A stretch of DNA of 64,000 bases from Octopus sinensis. Lineage: Eukaryota. Below, one piece after another: positions 23,019-36,478 of the stretch. The notes beneath the pieces are model-generated. The model was not told the origin of the DNA. It was given only the letters and a program-made list of their open reading frames with translations, and did not search any database. The stretch spans positions 6,262,001 through 6,326,000 of the forward strand of contig NC_043016.1 of NCBI RefSeq assembly GCF_006345805.1, in the 5' to 3' direction. Numbering within the stretch: the stretch's first letter is position 1; every line of letters starts with the position of its first letter. The position numbers and the translations under genes are program-made.

Positions 23019-26000
23019 TGTTGTATTGCCAATTGTTATCATGATACTTTTTTACTCTATAACCATGTAGTAATAATAAAACATACAACAAAGCTGGGTA
23101 ACAAAAATGTAACAATCCAACAAATTCTCCACTAACTATACATGAACCAACAAATGATATTCTGGCAAACTGCCAAAATGACACCTTACGACTTCCTGCG
23201 ATTAACACCTGTTCAGTCTCTCACTCAGAATTGCTACTATTTATAGTCATTCAGTCAGGTCTATTCTCGCAGGGGGTGTTGTGACTCTTTCCACATCTCC
23301 CCTTTTGAGATTTCAACTTCTGTAAGAAACAAAATTAATTTTTTTTTTTCCCTTTCTTTCCAAAACCTTCCTTTTTGATATTTTGCTTCCCTAGGAAATT
23401 CAGTACCATTTCCACTCAAGAATTATTTCTAAATGTTTGGTCCTTTACGTTTTCTGTTACTGCTCCTTCTAGGCTCAATCTCTTTTGATGCTTGTACATC
23501 AAACATGTCATAAAACACTTCCGTTGGAATTTCCTTCCTTTCTTCAGTATGTCTGATTTTTAATTGATTTAGGTGTCATTTGATCTTGGGTATCAGGGCT
23601 GGGTAAACATGTGCTTGATTGCATGCATTTTGCAGAATTTCTTGAACTCATATCCTGTAAATTGTGTTCCATCGTCTGATACTATGGTGTCTGGATCACC
23701 ATATCAAGCAAAAAGTTCATGCAAGAACTTTATTGTTGTCTTTGAGGTAGGTTGACTGCACCTACATACTTCCAGTCACTTCGTAAAACTATCAACAATG
23801 ATCAAATAGTAGGTGCCATTCACTAGCCCAGCATAGTCAATATGTACCCTGGACTATCCATCTCAGGCCATCACAGCCTCTACATGATTTTACCAAATTT
23901 TCAATGTCCCAGTCCATTATCAGCCAATACACGTAACTCTTCATTAAAGTTTTCATTCTTGACACCCCCGAGTGTCCACTATGAAATTCATGTAATATTT
24001 ATTTCTGTAGTGCAGTTGGTACTATCACTCTTTGTGCGTACATTAATACATCATCGCAGAGTGAAAAATGGTTCGCATTCATGCTTCTCTTTTGTTTGTT
24101 TTTCAATGTTTCCTTCATTTTTATGATGTATTTGTCCTCCACTGATTTACTTTTTATATCTTGTACAGTCAATGGCAACTCCTGAATGACATTACTCATA
24201 ACGTTTTTAATTTTCTTTTCTGATTGTAATGCAGCTATCACTGTATCTTCCAGCAGTTCCGCATTCTTCGGAATTAGTTTAGACAAATAATCCTCATGGC
24301 CAATTTTCTTTGATGGAATGTACTCCATCTTAAAGCTGTAATTTAACAATATTGTACCTCAGTATTGTAATCTGTTAGCTGAATGGGTAGGAATTCCTTT
24401 CTTCAATCTGAAAATTGATAGTAGTGGTTGTTAGTCCATCTGAAGCTGAAAACTTCTGCTATGGAGAAATCTGTGAAACTTTCTTCACAGCAAGAATAAT
24501 CACTAGAACTTCTTTCCCTCTCCGACTGTAGTTTTTCTCTGCTGCAATTAGAGCACATGAGGCATAAACCACCACCTTTATATTACTGTCTTTATATTTG
24601 TGTAGCAAAACTGCTCATACACCATATTCAGAAGTGTCAGAAGCTACAACAATCTCCACTGCAGGATCGAAGTGAGCCAGTGACAACTCTGAAATTTGTA
24701 TTTTTTTAATATCCTGAAATGCCTTTTCACAGTTATTTGACCAATCCCATTTGGTGGCTTTCTTTTGCAAATTATTAAGTGGAGCTCTCAATTCATAAAT
24801 CTTTGGCATATAGTTTTGATAATAGTTCACAAGACCAAGAAAAGCTTGTAATGTTGCTATGTTAGTTGGGGGAGACATATTTTTACTTGTGTCTGCCCTA
24901 AACGGATCAGGTCATCTTCCATTTTTATCTATAATTTGTCCTAAATATTTAATTTTAGGCAAAAAGAATTCATATTTCTTCTCACTGAGTATGAAACCAT
25001 AATCTCTTAGTTTTTGAAAAAACCCACTTCACATGTTCAATATGCTGACCACGAGATTCGCTTTTAATATATCATCAAGGTATGGAAGTGCCAATTGACA
25101 GTCCAACAACATCGCATCCATAACCTGTTGAAATATTGCAGATGCGACCTTCACCAAATGGCAAACTATTATATTTGTATAGTCTTCTTTGCGTGTTCAC
25201 TGTTAGAAGCTTTGAGCATTCCTCGTCTACTTTAATTTGTAGATATGCATCAGACAGATCCAGTTTCAAAAATAATTTGCCACCATTTAATTTTGCAAAA
25301 GTATCCTCCAGAGTAGGTAGTGGATAGTGGTACCTTTTTAGACAATCATTCAAACCAGTAGAAAATTCAGCACACACTCTGATTTGGTTTTTTGGTTTTT
25401 TGTGATACACATTGGTACTGCCCACTTAGAATAATCTACTCTTTGAATAATTTCCATTTTCTCCACTCTGTCTAATTCTTCCTCTACCTGCTTTATCACA
25501 GCAAATGGTACCTGTCCATTAGATTTGAATACAGGTATGACATTTTCCTTTATTTGAAAACAGGCCTCAGTCTTAGAACAGAGGTCTAATTTATCCAACA
25601 GCACATCAGGAAACAAATTTTAAGCAACTCCAACTAGTCCGTACTGAACAGATTGATTGCGTTTTTTACCACGAAAACTTTTGCTCTACAGATTTTTCCC
25701 TGAAATGTGATATCACTCCAAATTTCACATGCAAAGTATAGTTTTTCACCTGTCACTCCTCGTGCAATTTTTGATGGTTTTCTTAACATAGGTTTCCCAA
25801 TTCTTTTCCACGTGTAGGTATTAATAATCAAGATGTCACTACCAGCATCTATTTGTAATTTAATATTCACTTCATTTACTTTTACATATACAAATTTCCT
25901 CTTTTTGATGTTGCTTCTACTTTCCATTAAGAAAACTTTAAAATTTTTTATGTTTGACCTTCCTAACTTTGCTCTGCAATGTGAGCTCCTACTCTGTCTC

Positions 26001-26077
26001 TCCCTCAGCCTGCTGCTATTTATATTCATTTGGTCAAGTCTATTCTCGCAGGGGGTGTCATGACTCTTGCCACAACA
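23019..26077 (-). mobile_element. Gypsy/Ty3 LTR retrotransposon with gag deleted and a 5-bp TSD
   Basis: The TSD TAACC lies at 23014-23018 and 26078-26082, with TGTTGT...ACAACA termini. The 3' LTR is 23019-23295 and its polypurine tract is at 23296-23307 (AAAAGGGGAGA on minus). A 5' LTR remnant lies at about 25990-26077. Confidence 0.93.
23500..26029 (-). pseudogene. Gypsy pol pseudogene in PR-RT-RNaseH-IN order
   Basis: Protease QIDAGSD (25634..26029); RT with LDLSDAYLQI and PYLDDI (about 25065-25616); RNaseH ASDTSEYGV and GHEDYLS; integrase region below about 24000. Many stops and frameshifts. Confidence 0.9.
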
Positions 26078-26122
26078 TAACCCCAGGCAGAGCTTTCACA
26101 AGCTGGTTATAGGTGCAGCCTG

Positions 26123-26156
<34 letters not shown>

Positions 26157-26455
26157 GTTTAACGTCTGCTTTCCATGCTAGCATGGGTTGGACAATTTTG
26201 ACTGGGGGTTGGCGAACCAGATGGCTGCACCAGGTTCCAATCTTGATTTGGCAGAGTTTCTACAGCTGGATGCCCTTCCTAACGCCAACCACTCCAAGAG
26301 TGTAGTGGGTGCTTTTTACGTGCCACTGGCATGGGGGCCAGTCAGGTGGTACTGGCAACGACCTCGCTTGAATCCTTTAACACATGCCACCAGCACAGGT
26401 GCCAGTAAGGCGACGTTGGTAACGATCATGCTCAAATGGCGTCCTTTTACCTGCA
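26123..26455 (-). mobile_element. RTE 3'-UTR copy with (TGA)n tail
   Basis: Same motifs as the other copies. This is the GATTTTGACTG subtype, as at 32081, 43221, 48628 and 53969. Confidence 0.9.
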
Positions 26456-27889
26456 CCCCGTATATATTGCAAACTGGGAAGCAAACAGCAACCATCCTCC
26501 AGCAGATGATGGGATCACAAGACCAACTCATTTTCAGGCCATTTCTGCCCACTTTCAGTCATGAACACCCGGTTGATTTTATTTTATTTAATCTCATTTT
26601 AATGTCATTAATATATTTCTTTTAAAGCTTAGTTATTCATCTCATCATTTTGTATAAGCACCAACAAATTTGATCAAAAGTTAGATCATAGTTATTGCAT
26701 GTACACTGTATTTCCCACTATTTCTTATGGTGACAAATGTACACTTTCAAAGTCACCTACCATATACCAGATAACATTCTAGTATATGCATCTGTATGTG
26801 TGTGTGTGTACGTGTGTGTGTGTGTGTGTTTGTGTGTGTGTGAGTGTGTGTGTGTTTGGGTGTACATCAGTTTTTTTTACATTCATTTATCATATATTTT
26901 GCTGTAATTTTTGGACATACCAATGTATAACGACAACATTCTTGACCTAAATCAAGTTGTATCTGCCAACATCAGTTTATATGAAGGTCAAAGATAAGCA
27001 CACATGCTAATCCTTTTCGTTCACTGTGCAATCAAAAAAGGAAGGACAGGCTTTTTATTGGCCTTCATTTCGCTTCAAACTACAGGCTTTCAAATCAACA
27101 AATCTTCCTTTATTTACACAACATGATCAATACTGAATAAGTCTGTATTTACTTGAGCCAATAAATGAGCATCAATAGAATCACTTGTCCTTATAGAAAC
27201 AGAAGTCAAATATCCCTGTAATCATAGCACTCCAGCATCTTGAAAAAGGAAGGTCGCATTGATTAATATCCAGAACTATTTGGATATGCAAAAAGAAAAA
27301 GTAGCTCCAAAGACTCAGAGTGTCCAGTTGTTGTTGCTGCTGTTGTTGCTGTTGTTATTGATGTTGTTGTCACTGCTTCATCTTAGATGAGCTCTGAATG
27401 AGTAAACCGTTGATCAAAGGCATCCTAACCAATTTTCATTCAATTGTAGTACATCTCAGATCACATGATGTAATGACTGTAGGTAATTAGTGAAAGCTTA
27501 TCCTGTTGATAAGCATTCACTAATTGCTGATTTAAATGATCAAACTGGTGAATATTTATCAGAATTAACCAAAGAAAAATCTATCATCATCATCATTTAA
27601 TGTTCCTTTTCCATGCTGGCATGGGTTGGACGATGCTACAGGAACTGATAGGTCAGAAAACAGCACCAGTTTGCTGTTTGTTTTGGCTTCGTTTCTATGG
27701 CTGGTGACCATTCCTAACACCAACCACTTTACAGAATGTACTGAATGCTTATTATGTGGCACCAGAAGCTGTGAGGTCACCAAGTAACTTGCAAGAGAGG
27801 ACCCCTCAGTTGAAGGGGGTGAGTAGTATTGTGGGTCGGAGTCATGCACTAGGAGGAAACATGGCTGTCTCAAGTAAAGAGAGAGTGCT

Positions 27890-27965
<76 letters not shown>

Positions 27966-28127
27966 TGTGTGTGTACATATACACACTTCCTGAAATTTCG
28001 ATATATCAAATTCTTTTGCATGGCGTTGGTCAGTCTGGGACTATAGTCGATGGCACTCATGCAAGCTGCTGTTCAATGGGATTAAACTGAAATCATGTGG
28101 TTGCAAAGTAAAGTTCTTAACCAGGAA

Positions 28128-28160
<33 letters not shown>

Positions 28161-30752
28161 TTAACGTCTGCTTTCCATGTTGGCATAGGTTGGACAGTTT
28201 GACTGAGGTCTGGCAAGCAAGTGGGCTACACCAGGCACCAATAAGATCTTACAATGTTTCTACAGCTGGATGCCCTTCCTAACACCAACCACTCCAAGAG
28301 TGTAGTGGGTGCTTTTTATGTGCTACCAGCACAAGAGGTGGTCAGGGGGAACTGGCATCGACCACATTTGGATGGTGCATTTTATGTGCCACCGGCATGG
28401 GATTCAGTCAAGGCGGCACTGGCCATGGCTACGATTTCAATTTCACTTGACTTGACAGGTCCTCCCAAGCATATCATATCGCCCAATACTTCAAGAGTAC
28501 TTCAAGTGGGCTGATCATGCAATATTGGTATCGGCCATGGCTGCGATCTCACTTTAATTGCTGGGTCTTCTAGATCACAGCATTACTCTAAAGGTCTTGG
28601 CCTTTTGTCATTGCCTCTGTGAAGCCCAACATTCAAAGGTCATGCTTCACCACCTCATCCCATTTCTTCCTAGATCTACCTCTTCCACAGGTTCCTTCTG
28701 CTGTTAGGGTGTGGCACTTCCTCACACAGCTGTCCTCATCCATACATAACACATGACCATACCAGTGCAATCATCTCTCTTGCACAGCACATCTGATGCT
28801 TCTTATGCCCAACTTTTCTCTCAGGGCGCTTACACTCTGTCATGTATGCTCACTGACATTGCACATCCAGCAGATCATACTAGCTTCATTTCTTTCCATC
28901 TTACACATGTCCTCAATAGTCACAGCCCATTTTTCACTGTCATGTAGCTTGGCAATTTGCACACATGCATCATACAGTCTACATTTCACCCTGAGCAAGA
29001 TGCCCTTAGTTGCTAACAGAGGCTGGAGCTCTCTGAACTTTGCCCAGGTTATTCTTATTCTAGCAGCTATGCTTTCAGAGTTTCCACCCACCACTACAGA
29101 CTTGGTTGCCTAGGTAACGGAAGCTATCAACTACTTCTAGTTTTCCCCCCTAGCATGTGATGGAATCTGTTTTCTGTACACCTTTGGTGTTTATTGCTCC
29201 TGAGCATTTGCCACACACAAAAACTATCTTCCCAGTTAGCCTTCCTTTGATATTGCTGCACCTCTTATGTGTCCATAACTTACACTGGGTACATCTTATG
29301 GAGTTTCTACCCATGCCTTTTCTACAAATTGAGCAGGGCCATCTACCTGAAAGGGTTTGTGATTTATCTGCCTTCCTACTTACTAGGATTTTGGTTTTTG
29401 CTAGGTTGACTCTAAGGCCCTTTGATTCTAGACCTTGTTTCCATACCCTAAACTTCGTCTCTAGTTCTGGTAGTGACACGGCTTTTGGAGCAAGGTCATC
29501 AGCATAGAGGAGCTCCCAGGAGCAGCCTGTCTTGAATTCTTCTATTATTGCTTGGAAAATTATGATGAATAAGAGGGGGCCTGAGGACTGATCATTGGTG
29601 AACCCCTACTTCTACCTGGAATTCTTTGCTGTACTCATTTCCAACTTTCACCTTACTGACAACATCCCTGTACAGACCTTGTACCGCTCTTACCAACCAT
29701 TCATCTATCCCTAGTTTCTGCACTGATCACCAGATAAGGGATTGGGAGACCTTGTCAAAAGCTTTTTCCAAGTCAACAAAAGCCAAGTACAGAAGTTTAT
29801 CTTTGGCTAGATATTTTTCCTGCAGTTGCCTTACCAGTGGCACAAAGCCAAACTGCATTTCATCTAGAGTAACTCTCTCCCTAATTAGTTGGGCTAAGAC
29901 CCTCTCCATAACTTTCATCACCTGATCCAACAATTTGATATCCCTGTAGTTATTTCTGTCTAAAGCATCCCCTTTACCTTTGTAGCAGTTGACTATGGTG
30001 CTGCCACACTAGTCATTGGATGTGACCCATTCATGAACTACCTGATTTATGATGTTAGACCATAACCCACAATGCCCGATATTTTAAGCATCTCAGCTGT
30101 GATTCCTGATGGGCCAGGAGCTTTTACTGTCCTTATATCCTTAATTGCTTTATCTACCAGGGTACTGTTGATTTGGGTAACTGGTCCCTCAATTGGGTTA
30201 ACCTCCCATTCATTCTCCACGTTCAGCAGTCTTTCATAATGGCATCTCCAAGCCTCTTTCTTTGCAGAATCATTAAACACAAGTGCACCATCATCCATGC
30301 AGACACCTTTCTCTCCCATGACATCATGATTTTCCCTCATACACTGTCTAGCAATCTGAAATACTTCAGTTCTTTGGTTCACATGTGTTGAACATTGGCA
30401 AACTTCTTTTCTGCTACTCCCTTCTAGCTATCAATACAGTTCCCAGCTACCCCAACTCTTCCAGACCTTCCAGGCCTGTTTCTTTGTTCTAATGGCCTTG
30501 GCTATCTGGAAGGGACTTTGCACCAGCCACAGATTTGGTCTGTGGTGCTCAGCAAGCTATCTCACAGGAATTCATCAAATTTCTCAGTAAGGATTTCCCT
30601 AAATCTCTGACTATGTGAAGGGTTCTTAAGCTTCCAAGTCCCTCTTCCGGTCTGCTTCTTGGTATCATTCTGGTCTCGAGTCTAAAGTTACTAATAACTG
30701 GTCTATGCTGGGGGGTACATTCTTCACGAGGGAGGGTCTTTGTATTTAAAAG
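28128..30752 (-). mobile_element. 5'-truncated RTE LINE (linker, RT, PHD-like segment, C-terminus, 3' UTR, TGA tail), decayed
   Basis: ORFs 30047..30382, 29727..29933 and 29150..29479 (WELLYADDL; GRWPCSICRKG...CTQC...THKRC...CGKC). The 3' UTR at about 28128-28600 ends in (CAT)n on the plus strand. Confidence 0.92.
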
Positions 30753-31374
30753 CAATCATGCATGATTTAATATATTTCTAAAACAGTAGAATCTGATGAC
30801 AAATAGGAAGTAGAATTAACTGAAACAATGGAATAAATTTTATGCTTTGAGGAAGAGTCTAAAATTTGCAGGCAGGTCAGATTGTTGAGAGAAGAGATAA
30901 GAATTTCAAATGAAATATATTGGTTGGTGGGGGGGTGAAAGAAAGGGGAAGCAAAGAAAAAGAAAGAGGGAGAGTTGATAGGTGTTAGTGGAAGGAGAGG
31001 GACAAGAGTCAGTGGCAGAGTAGTGGATGGGTGATGGGGAGAATAGGGTCATAGTAGAGAAAATATAAAAACAATAGATTTATTTAAATTTTTCCCTCCA
31101 CTCTGACAGGTGCCTCTCTCCTCCATTCACACTTTCAACTATATATCCACTGTTTGTTCCTTTCTCCTCCCCTCCCTCCTCTTCCCCCATCTCCTCCTCC
31201 TCTCCACTTTCCAATTACTTTATTCAATTCCACTAACGCCAGAGTCTGATGAAGTTCTTCCAAATGAAACTTAGGGAGTCTCTACTTCCTGGTGCATTAA
31301 ATTTATTCCTTTGCTTTGAAATACTTAAAATACATTGTACTTGAAAAACAAAACCCTCCTCCTCTCTCCACTAT

Positions 31375-31769
31375 GGGATCTCTTCTGTTTGAACGGCAGT
31401 TTTTAACATAATTTCTGGTAGAATGTGTTTATAAAACATCTTTTTCTCTTGGCTTTATTGAGAAAATTCTATAGCTTGTAAGATATTTGTTGGGGTTTTT
31501 TTCTTCAATTTCTGCAATTTCAACCAATCAATGACGTGTATTGAGTTAAAAAACATTCTGTGCCGTATGAATATGTCCCTCATTTAAGAAACAGATTGGG
31601 TTTATTTACATTTGTGAAGGAAAAAAGATACCCTTCCCCCCACCCCCAACCCTAACCCTAATCCTAAAACAGATTGAAATGCAATAGATCGATACTAGGG
31701 TCATAATTATGGGTGACAATTTCATATGACACCTCTAGAAAAAACTGCCGTTCAAACCAAAAGGATCCC
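31375..31769. mobile_element. 395-bp MITE with 30-bp TIRs, 6-bp TSD and internal CCCTAA repeats
   Basis: GGGATC...GTTTGAACGGCAGTTTTT TIRs match at 26 of 30 positions. CACTAT lies at 31369-31374 and 31770-31775, and CCCAACCCTAACCCTAATCCTAA at about 31646-31667. Confidence 0.88.
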
Positions 31770-32080
31770 CACTATGTTTCAGTTTTGAATATTATTGACC
31801 ATTGACAGAATGATTACATCTTTTACTCTGTTACAAGTTTCAGTCACTGGATTGCAGCCATGTTGGTGCATGGACTCTAGCACTTATATTTCAAGGCTGG
31901 TACTTACTCTATTACTCTTAGTTTCTTTTGTTGACCAGCTAAGCTAAGATGATGTAAACAAACCACCACCGGTTGTCAAGTGGTGGGTGGAGGGGACAAA
32001 TACAACGTAAAGACATGCATGTATTCACATATTTACATATACATATATTTGTGTACATGTGTGTTTATGTGTGTATGTGC

Positions 32081-32114
<34 letters not shown>

Positions 32115-32350
32115 GTTTAACGTCCACTTTCCATGCTAGTATGGGTTGGACGAATGACTGAGGGCTGGAGAACCAGATGGCTGCACCAGGCTTCAATCTT
32201 GATCTGGCAAAGTTTCTACAGCTTGATGCCCTTCCTAACGCCAACCACTCCAAGAGTGTAGTGGTACTTTTACATGCCACTGGCATGGGGCCAGTCAGGT
32301 GGTACTGGCAACGACCTCGCTCAAATATTTTACACATGCCACCGGCACAT
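32081..32350 (-). mobile_element. RTE 3'-UTR copy with (TGA)n tail
   Basis: Conserved motifs are present. A more decayed piece follows at about 32440-32600. Confidence 0.88.
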
Positions 32351-32896
32351 GTGTGTATATGTATATATATATATATTACACATATGTATGTGTGCATACA
32401 TATGACATGTACCTTATCATCAGAATTTAGCATCTGCGTTCCATACTGTAATGGGTCGGATGGATTCACGGGATCCGGAGTTCAAAGACTGCAATGTGGT
32501 CTAAGAACTTCTTGTGGCTGGATGCCCTTCCTAATGCTGACCACTTTAAAGAATGGACTGGGTACTTTTTTTCATGACACCAGCACTAATGAGATCTCCA
32601 TGAGATTTGCATGACTACAATTCCTAAGGGGACAGCTTTATGTTACAAGATGAGGGGTTAGTTTTTTAAATAAAGGGCCAGAGCAGAACCAGTTACTTGT
32701 TGTAGAGGAGGTACAAGATACTCTTATTAAAAGGATGGAAGTGAGTGAGTGGAGCTGGAAAAGGATGAAAAAAAATAATGGAGATGAGGTGTCAGTGTGA
32801 ACCCTCAAGGTGCATGAGATGGGAAAAAGTGAGTGGGGACAGATTGTGCAGGGTTGAAGGGCAGTTGTCTTGAATGGTAGATGACAAATAATACAT

Positions 32897-33475
32897 GAGT
32901 TAGTTAGTTAGTTAGTTAATTTTTTGGCTCAAAAAGCAAAAAGCAAGGCCATGTAGGGGGACATGGAGTTATGTACAGGGAGGGTGTTCATGTAAAGAGT
33001 TCAGGCCACTTGAGGTCAAGGGAGACTTTGAACAAAGCGGTCGTCGGCATCTTCAACATCTCGTCTGGCAGCTTATTCCACGGATCCGCGACCCGGACGG
33101 AGAAAGCCCCTCTCCTTCGATTGAGATAAAATCATCGCAGATAGAGCTTTTCAGAATGACCCCCGCAGCCAACGCTCTGGAGCAGGAGTGAAGAACAGCT
33201 CTTTCGAGAGGTTACACTTTCCGCTTATGATGTTGTGAGCGAGAATGAGATCACCACGGTGGCTGCATTTTTCTAGAGAATAAAGGTCAAGCGTCTTCAG
33301 CCTTTCTTCATAGACAAATTCTTGAGACCATGAACCATGGCGGGTAGCCAGCTTCTGGACTCTTTTGAGATGCTGTATGTCTTTGAGGAGATAAGGAGAA
33401 GAGGCTTGAATCCCGTACTCCAATATGGGTCTCACCAGCGTGACATAGAGCGGTAGGAATATGGAAGAAAGAGGA
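32897..33475 (-). mobile_element. CR1-type LINE 3' end with (TAAC)n tail
   Basis: LYVTLVRPILEYG...RVQKLATR...YEERLKTLDLYSLEK..RGDLI...WNKLP, ending in AACTAACTAACT on the minus strand. Confidence 0.85.
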
Positions 33476-34689
33476 GGATTAGGAAATGGTTGACAATGTG
33501 GAACAGCAGAATAATAATGATAAATCAGTAGACAGGAGAAAGATAAAAGAAAGACAGGTAGGGAGAGACAACATATGGTTGAGTCTGTAGCAGGAGTGGA
33601 GGGGGGAAGAAAAATGTAGGTATAGTGCATGAGGAGGAGAGGAGATGTATTCCACTTTGCAACCAAATTTAGTTTTCTCAGAATTTACTGTTTTACCATA
33701 ACAAATAGAAGAGTTAGATAGTATATAGGCAAAGAATTAAAGAAGCAATGAATAGTACCAAAGTACATATTTGGTTTTAGGTGCATGCAGTTGTGTATTC
33801 TGAGAGTAGAACAATGCAGTAATTAAGGATCCATTTCAAGAACATACTTATAAAATTCAATGGAACCATTTAATATAAAGTTAAATTATTGGCATCATAC
33901 CGTTTTATTTCCTTCCATAAAATCTTTTAAAAGGTCATTATACAAAACTATTTGAAAATGCTACAATAGGCAAATATATTGCTATCTACTACAATTTTCT
34001 CTCTATCTTAACATGATATTGATGTATTTATGGATTATTAATTGTAAATACACTTCTTAAGTCTGAGAATTTCTAAACAGATGACATTTCATTTTACTGA
34101 ATAATTTCAAACAGAAAAATAACTCTTTGTTTCATTATTCACATCACTTTTTTCTAACAAATCTAATTGCCAAATATTTTCTAAGAAATTCTTTTATTCT
34201 TTTACTTGTTTTAGTCATTTGACTGTGGCCATCCTGGAGCACCACCTTGAAGTGTTTTTGTTAAACTGTTCAACCCCTGGACTTATTTTTAAGCCTAGTG
34301 CTTACTCTATCAGTCTCTTTGCCAAACACACCAACACTGGTTGCCAAGACAAACACAGACATAACAACACACACACAGATATATACATATAGAGAGAAGT
34401 GAAAGGGGTACTGTGAACTTGCCATGAGGAGTAGAATATTCATCATTTGGGATGCAGTCCTTCATCTGGGAGTTGAGAAAAAGGGAAGTTGAAGAAAGAC
34501 AGAGTTTTACATCCTCTCAGCTTGAAAAACTGGCTGCAACTCATAATGAACACAGAATAACATGGGCTGCAAACGTGAAACAGAAGTTATAGGAGAGGGC
34601 GTACAGAAAGGGGGAAGAAAAAGGGTGATGGAGAAAGTAGAGGTAAGTAAATATGGGAATGTTGCAGAGAGAGGGTGGAAGGAGGATTA

Positions 34690-35260
34690 AAAAAGGTAAA
34701 AAAAGAATTAAGAGGAGGTGAAAGGATGAAAGGAAAAATGTTCATTAATACCTGTCAGGGACACAGTGTCAAGATCAAATATGAGACGTTGCTCTTTTCG
34801 TTTCCTAGAGAAGTGGGATCTGTGGTGCAAGGCCATACCACACACTGATAAATCTGCAATAGAATGATTCACAGCGTTGAAGTGGTATGACCTGGCATAT
34901 GGTAGCATTATGCTTTTGATGTGTTTGCAAAAGCGATCCCCAAGGTGTCACCCTGTTTCTCCAATGTGAAGAGCATTGCTTAGTTTGCATATGATACAAT
35001 ATATGAGATTCACCAAAGTGCAACAGAAGTGGTGTGTTATGTGATATTGCTTCTTGGGATCTGTGATAGAAGCAGTATTGTCGATGTTGGGGCATGTGTT
35101 ACATCACCGGCAAGAACAATTAAAGGTTCCTGGTTGTGCGGAGCTGGGAGCTGGGAATCTTCTAACAAGGAGATTTCCAAGACTCCTGTCTTTTTTAAAA
35201 GACAGGAGAGAAGTGTGGGAAAGATAGGGGTGGTTGTTGGGTCAGAAAGAAGAATGTGAA
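34690..35260 (-). mobile_element. Penelope-like element GIY-YIG endonuclease fragment
   Basis: Frame-joined translation gives KKDRSLGNLLVR...PGTFNC..CNTCP...FCCTLVNLIYCIICK...HIGETG*HLGDRF..H...RKRKEQRLIF.L.TV...GIN. Confidence 0.85.
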
Positions 35261-36267
35261 AGTTGTGGGTGAGTTTGTATTTTAGAGGGTGGATGGACAG
35301 GTGGTAGGTAAGAGAGAGTGGAATATGATATTGGAACTATGCGGTTGGGAAGTTCTCACTTGTGCCTGAGAATTTACTCTGACTTTCTTTTTGTTTTCTC
35401 ACATATATAATCAATGTTGTCTCTTGCCTTGCAATTCTGACCATTATTACATCACAAGCAGCAGTCAGTTGTTTGATAAAGGAAGTTTAGCTCTAGCCAT
35501 CTCCAGTGATGTGTTTGCCCAGCATTTTCATATGTACAAGTTCCAACATTCATCTATTGCATATCTGCATATGCAACTATCGTTGCAACATTATTAGAGA
35601 TATATGATCACTCAACCATAATTTTCATAACAATGTAATCTTGCAGTCGATTTGGTTGTTCCTCTCCATAGGAGGAGAGAGAATTATTCTGCCAAGTTTT
35701 TTGTTACCCCCCCCCCCCCCCCATAAGTGAAAGGAATAAAAATATCTTCATCGTTTATTTTTTTCAGTCACTGGACTGCAGCCATACTGAGGTACATTTA
35801 TTTGATTAAATTTTCTTTTAATTTTCCTTTTGATCATAAAGTCCTTCACATTTGTGTATAGCTATTTCAATCTCATTGGATCTCCTCTGCATGAAATAGA
35901 TAAGGTCCATTAAAACATTAAATTAAATCATTATTAAATTTACATAAGGAAGAATAAGGGACCATTTAATAAAGTTTTTTCCTTTTCTGTTATTATTCAA
36001 ATGTATATCTGAAAATGTGGACAGGATGCCAGTCAGTCACAAGATTACACATTTACAGCTGAGTGGACTGGAGCAACATGAAATGAAGTGTTTTGCTCAA
36101 GAACACAATGCACTGTTCAGTCTGGGAATTGAACCCATGATCTTGCATACGTAAGTGCAACACCCAAATCATTAGGCCATGTGATTTCTTTCATCATCTT
36201 AGAGTTCAATAAAATAAAGTAGCAATGAAGTACAAGGATCAATTTTATTGATTATTTCCTTCCTTAA

Positions 36268-36478
36268 CCCTTTTGTTACCAAACCGGCTCTGGCTCTTTA
36301 GTATAAATGTCTTGTTTTCATCAGTTTTGAATTAAAATCTTCCACCAAATCTTAGTCACAATTTATGTTCCTAATACTAGCTGAATGATAACCTAGTTAT
36401 TTTACTAAATTCTTTGTTATATTTAAAATAATTGGAAGAAACATAGAGCATCTCAACAGAAATACGGTAACAAAAGGG
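36268..36478. mobile_element. piggyBac-like MITE, 211 bp
   Basis: TTAA-CCCTTTTGTTACC...GGTAACAAAAGGG-TTAA: perfect 13-bp TIRs with TTAA at 36264-36267 and 36479-36482. Confidence 0.9.

Noticed and set aside
31646-31667. Telomere or chromosome-fusion scar
   Set aside because: There are only about 3 hexamers and they lie inside a TIR/TSD-defined MITE.
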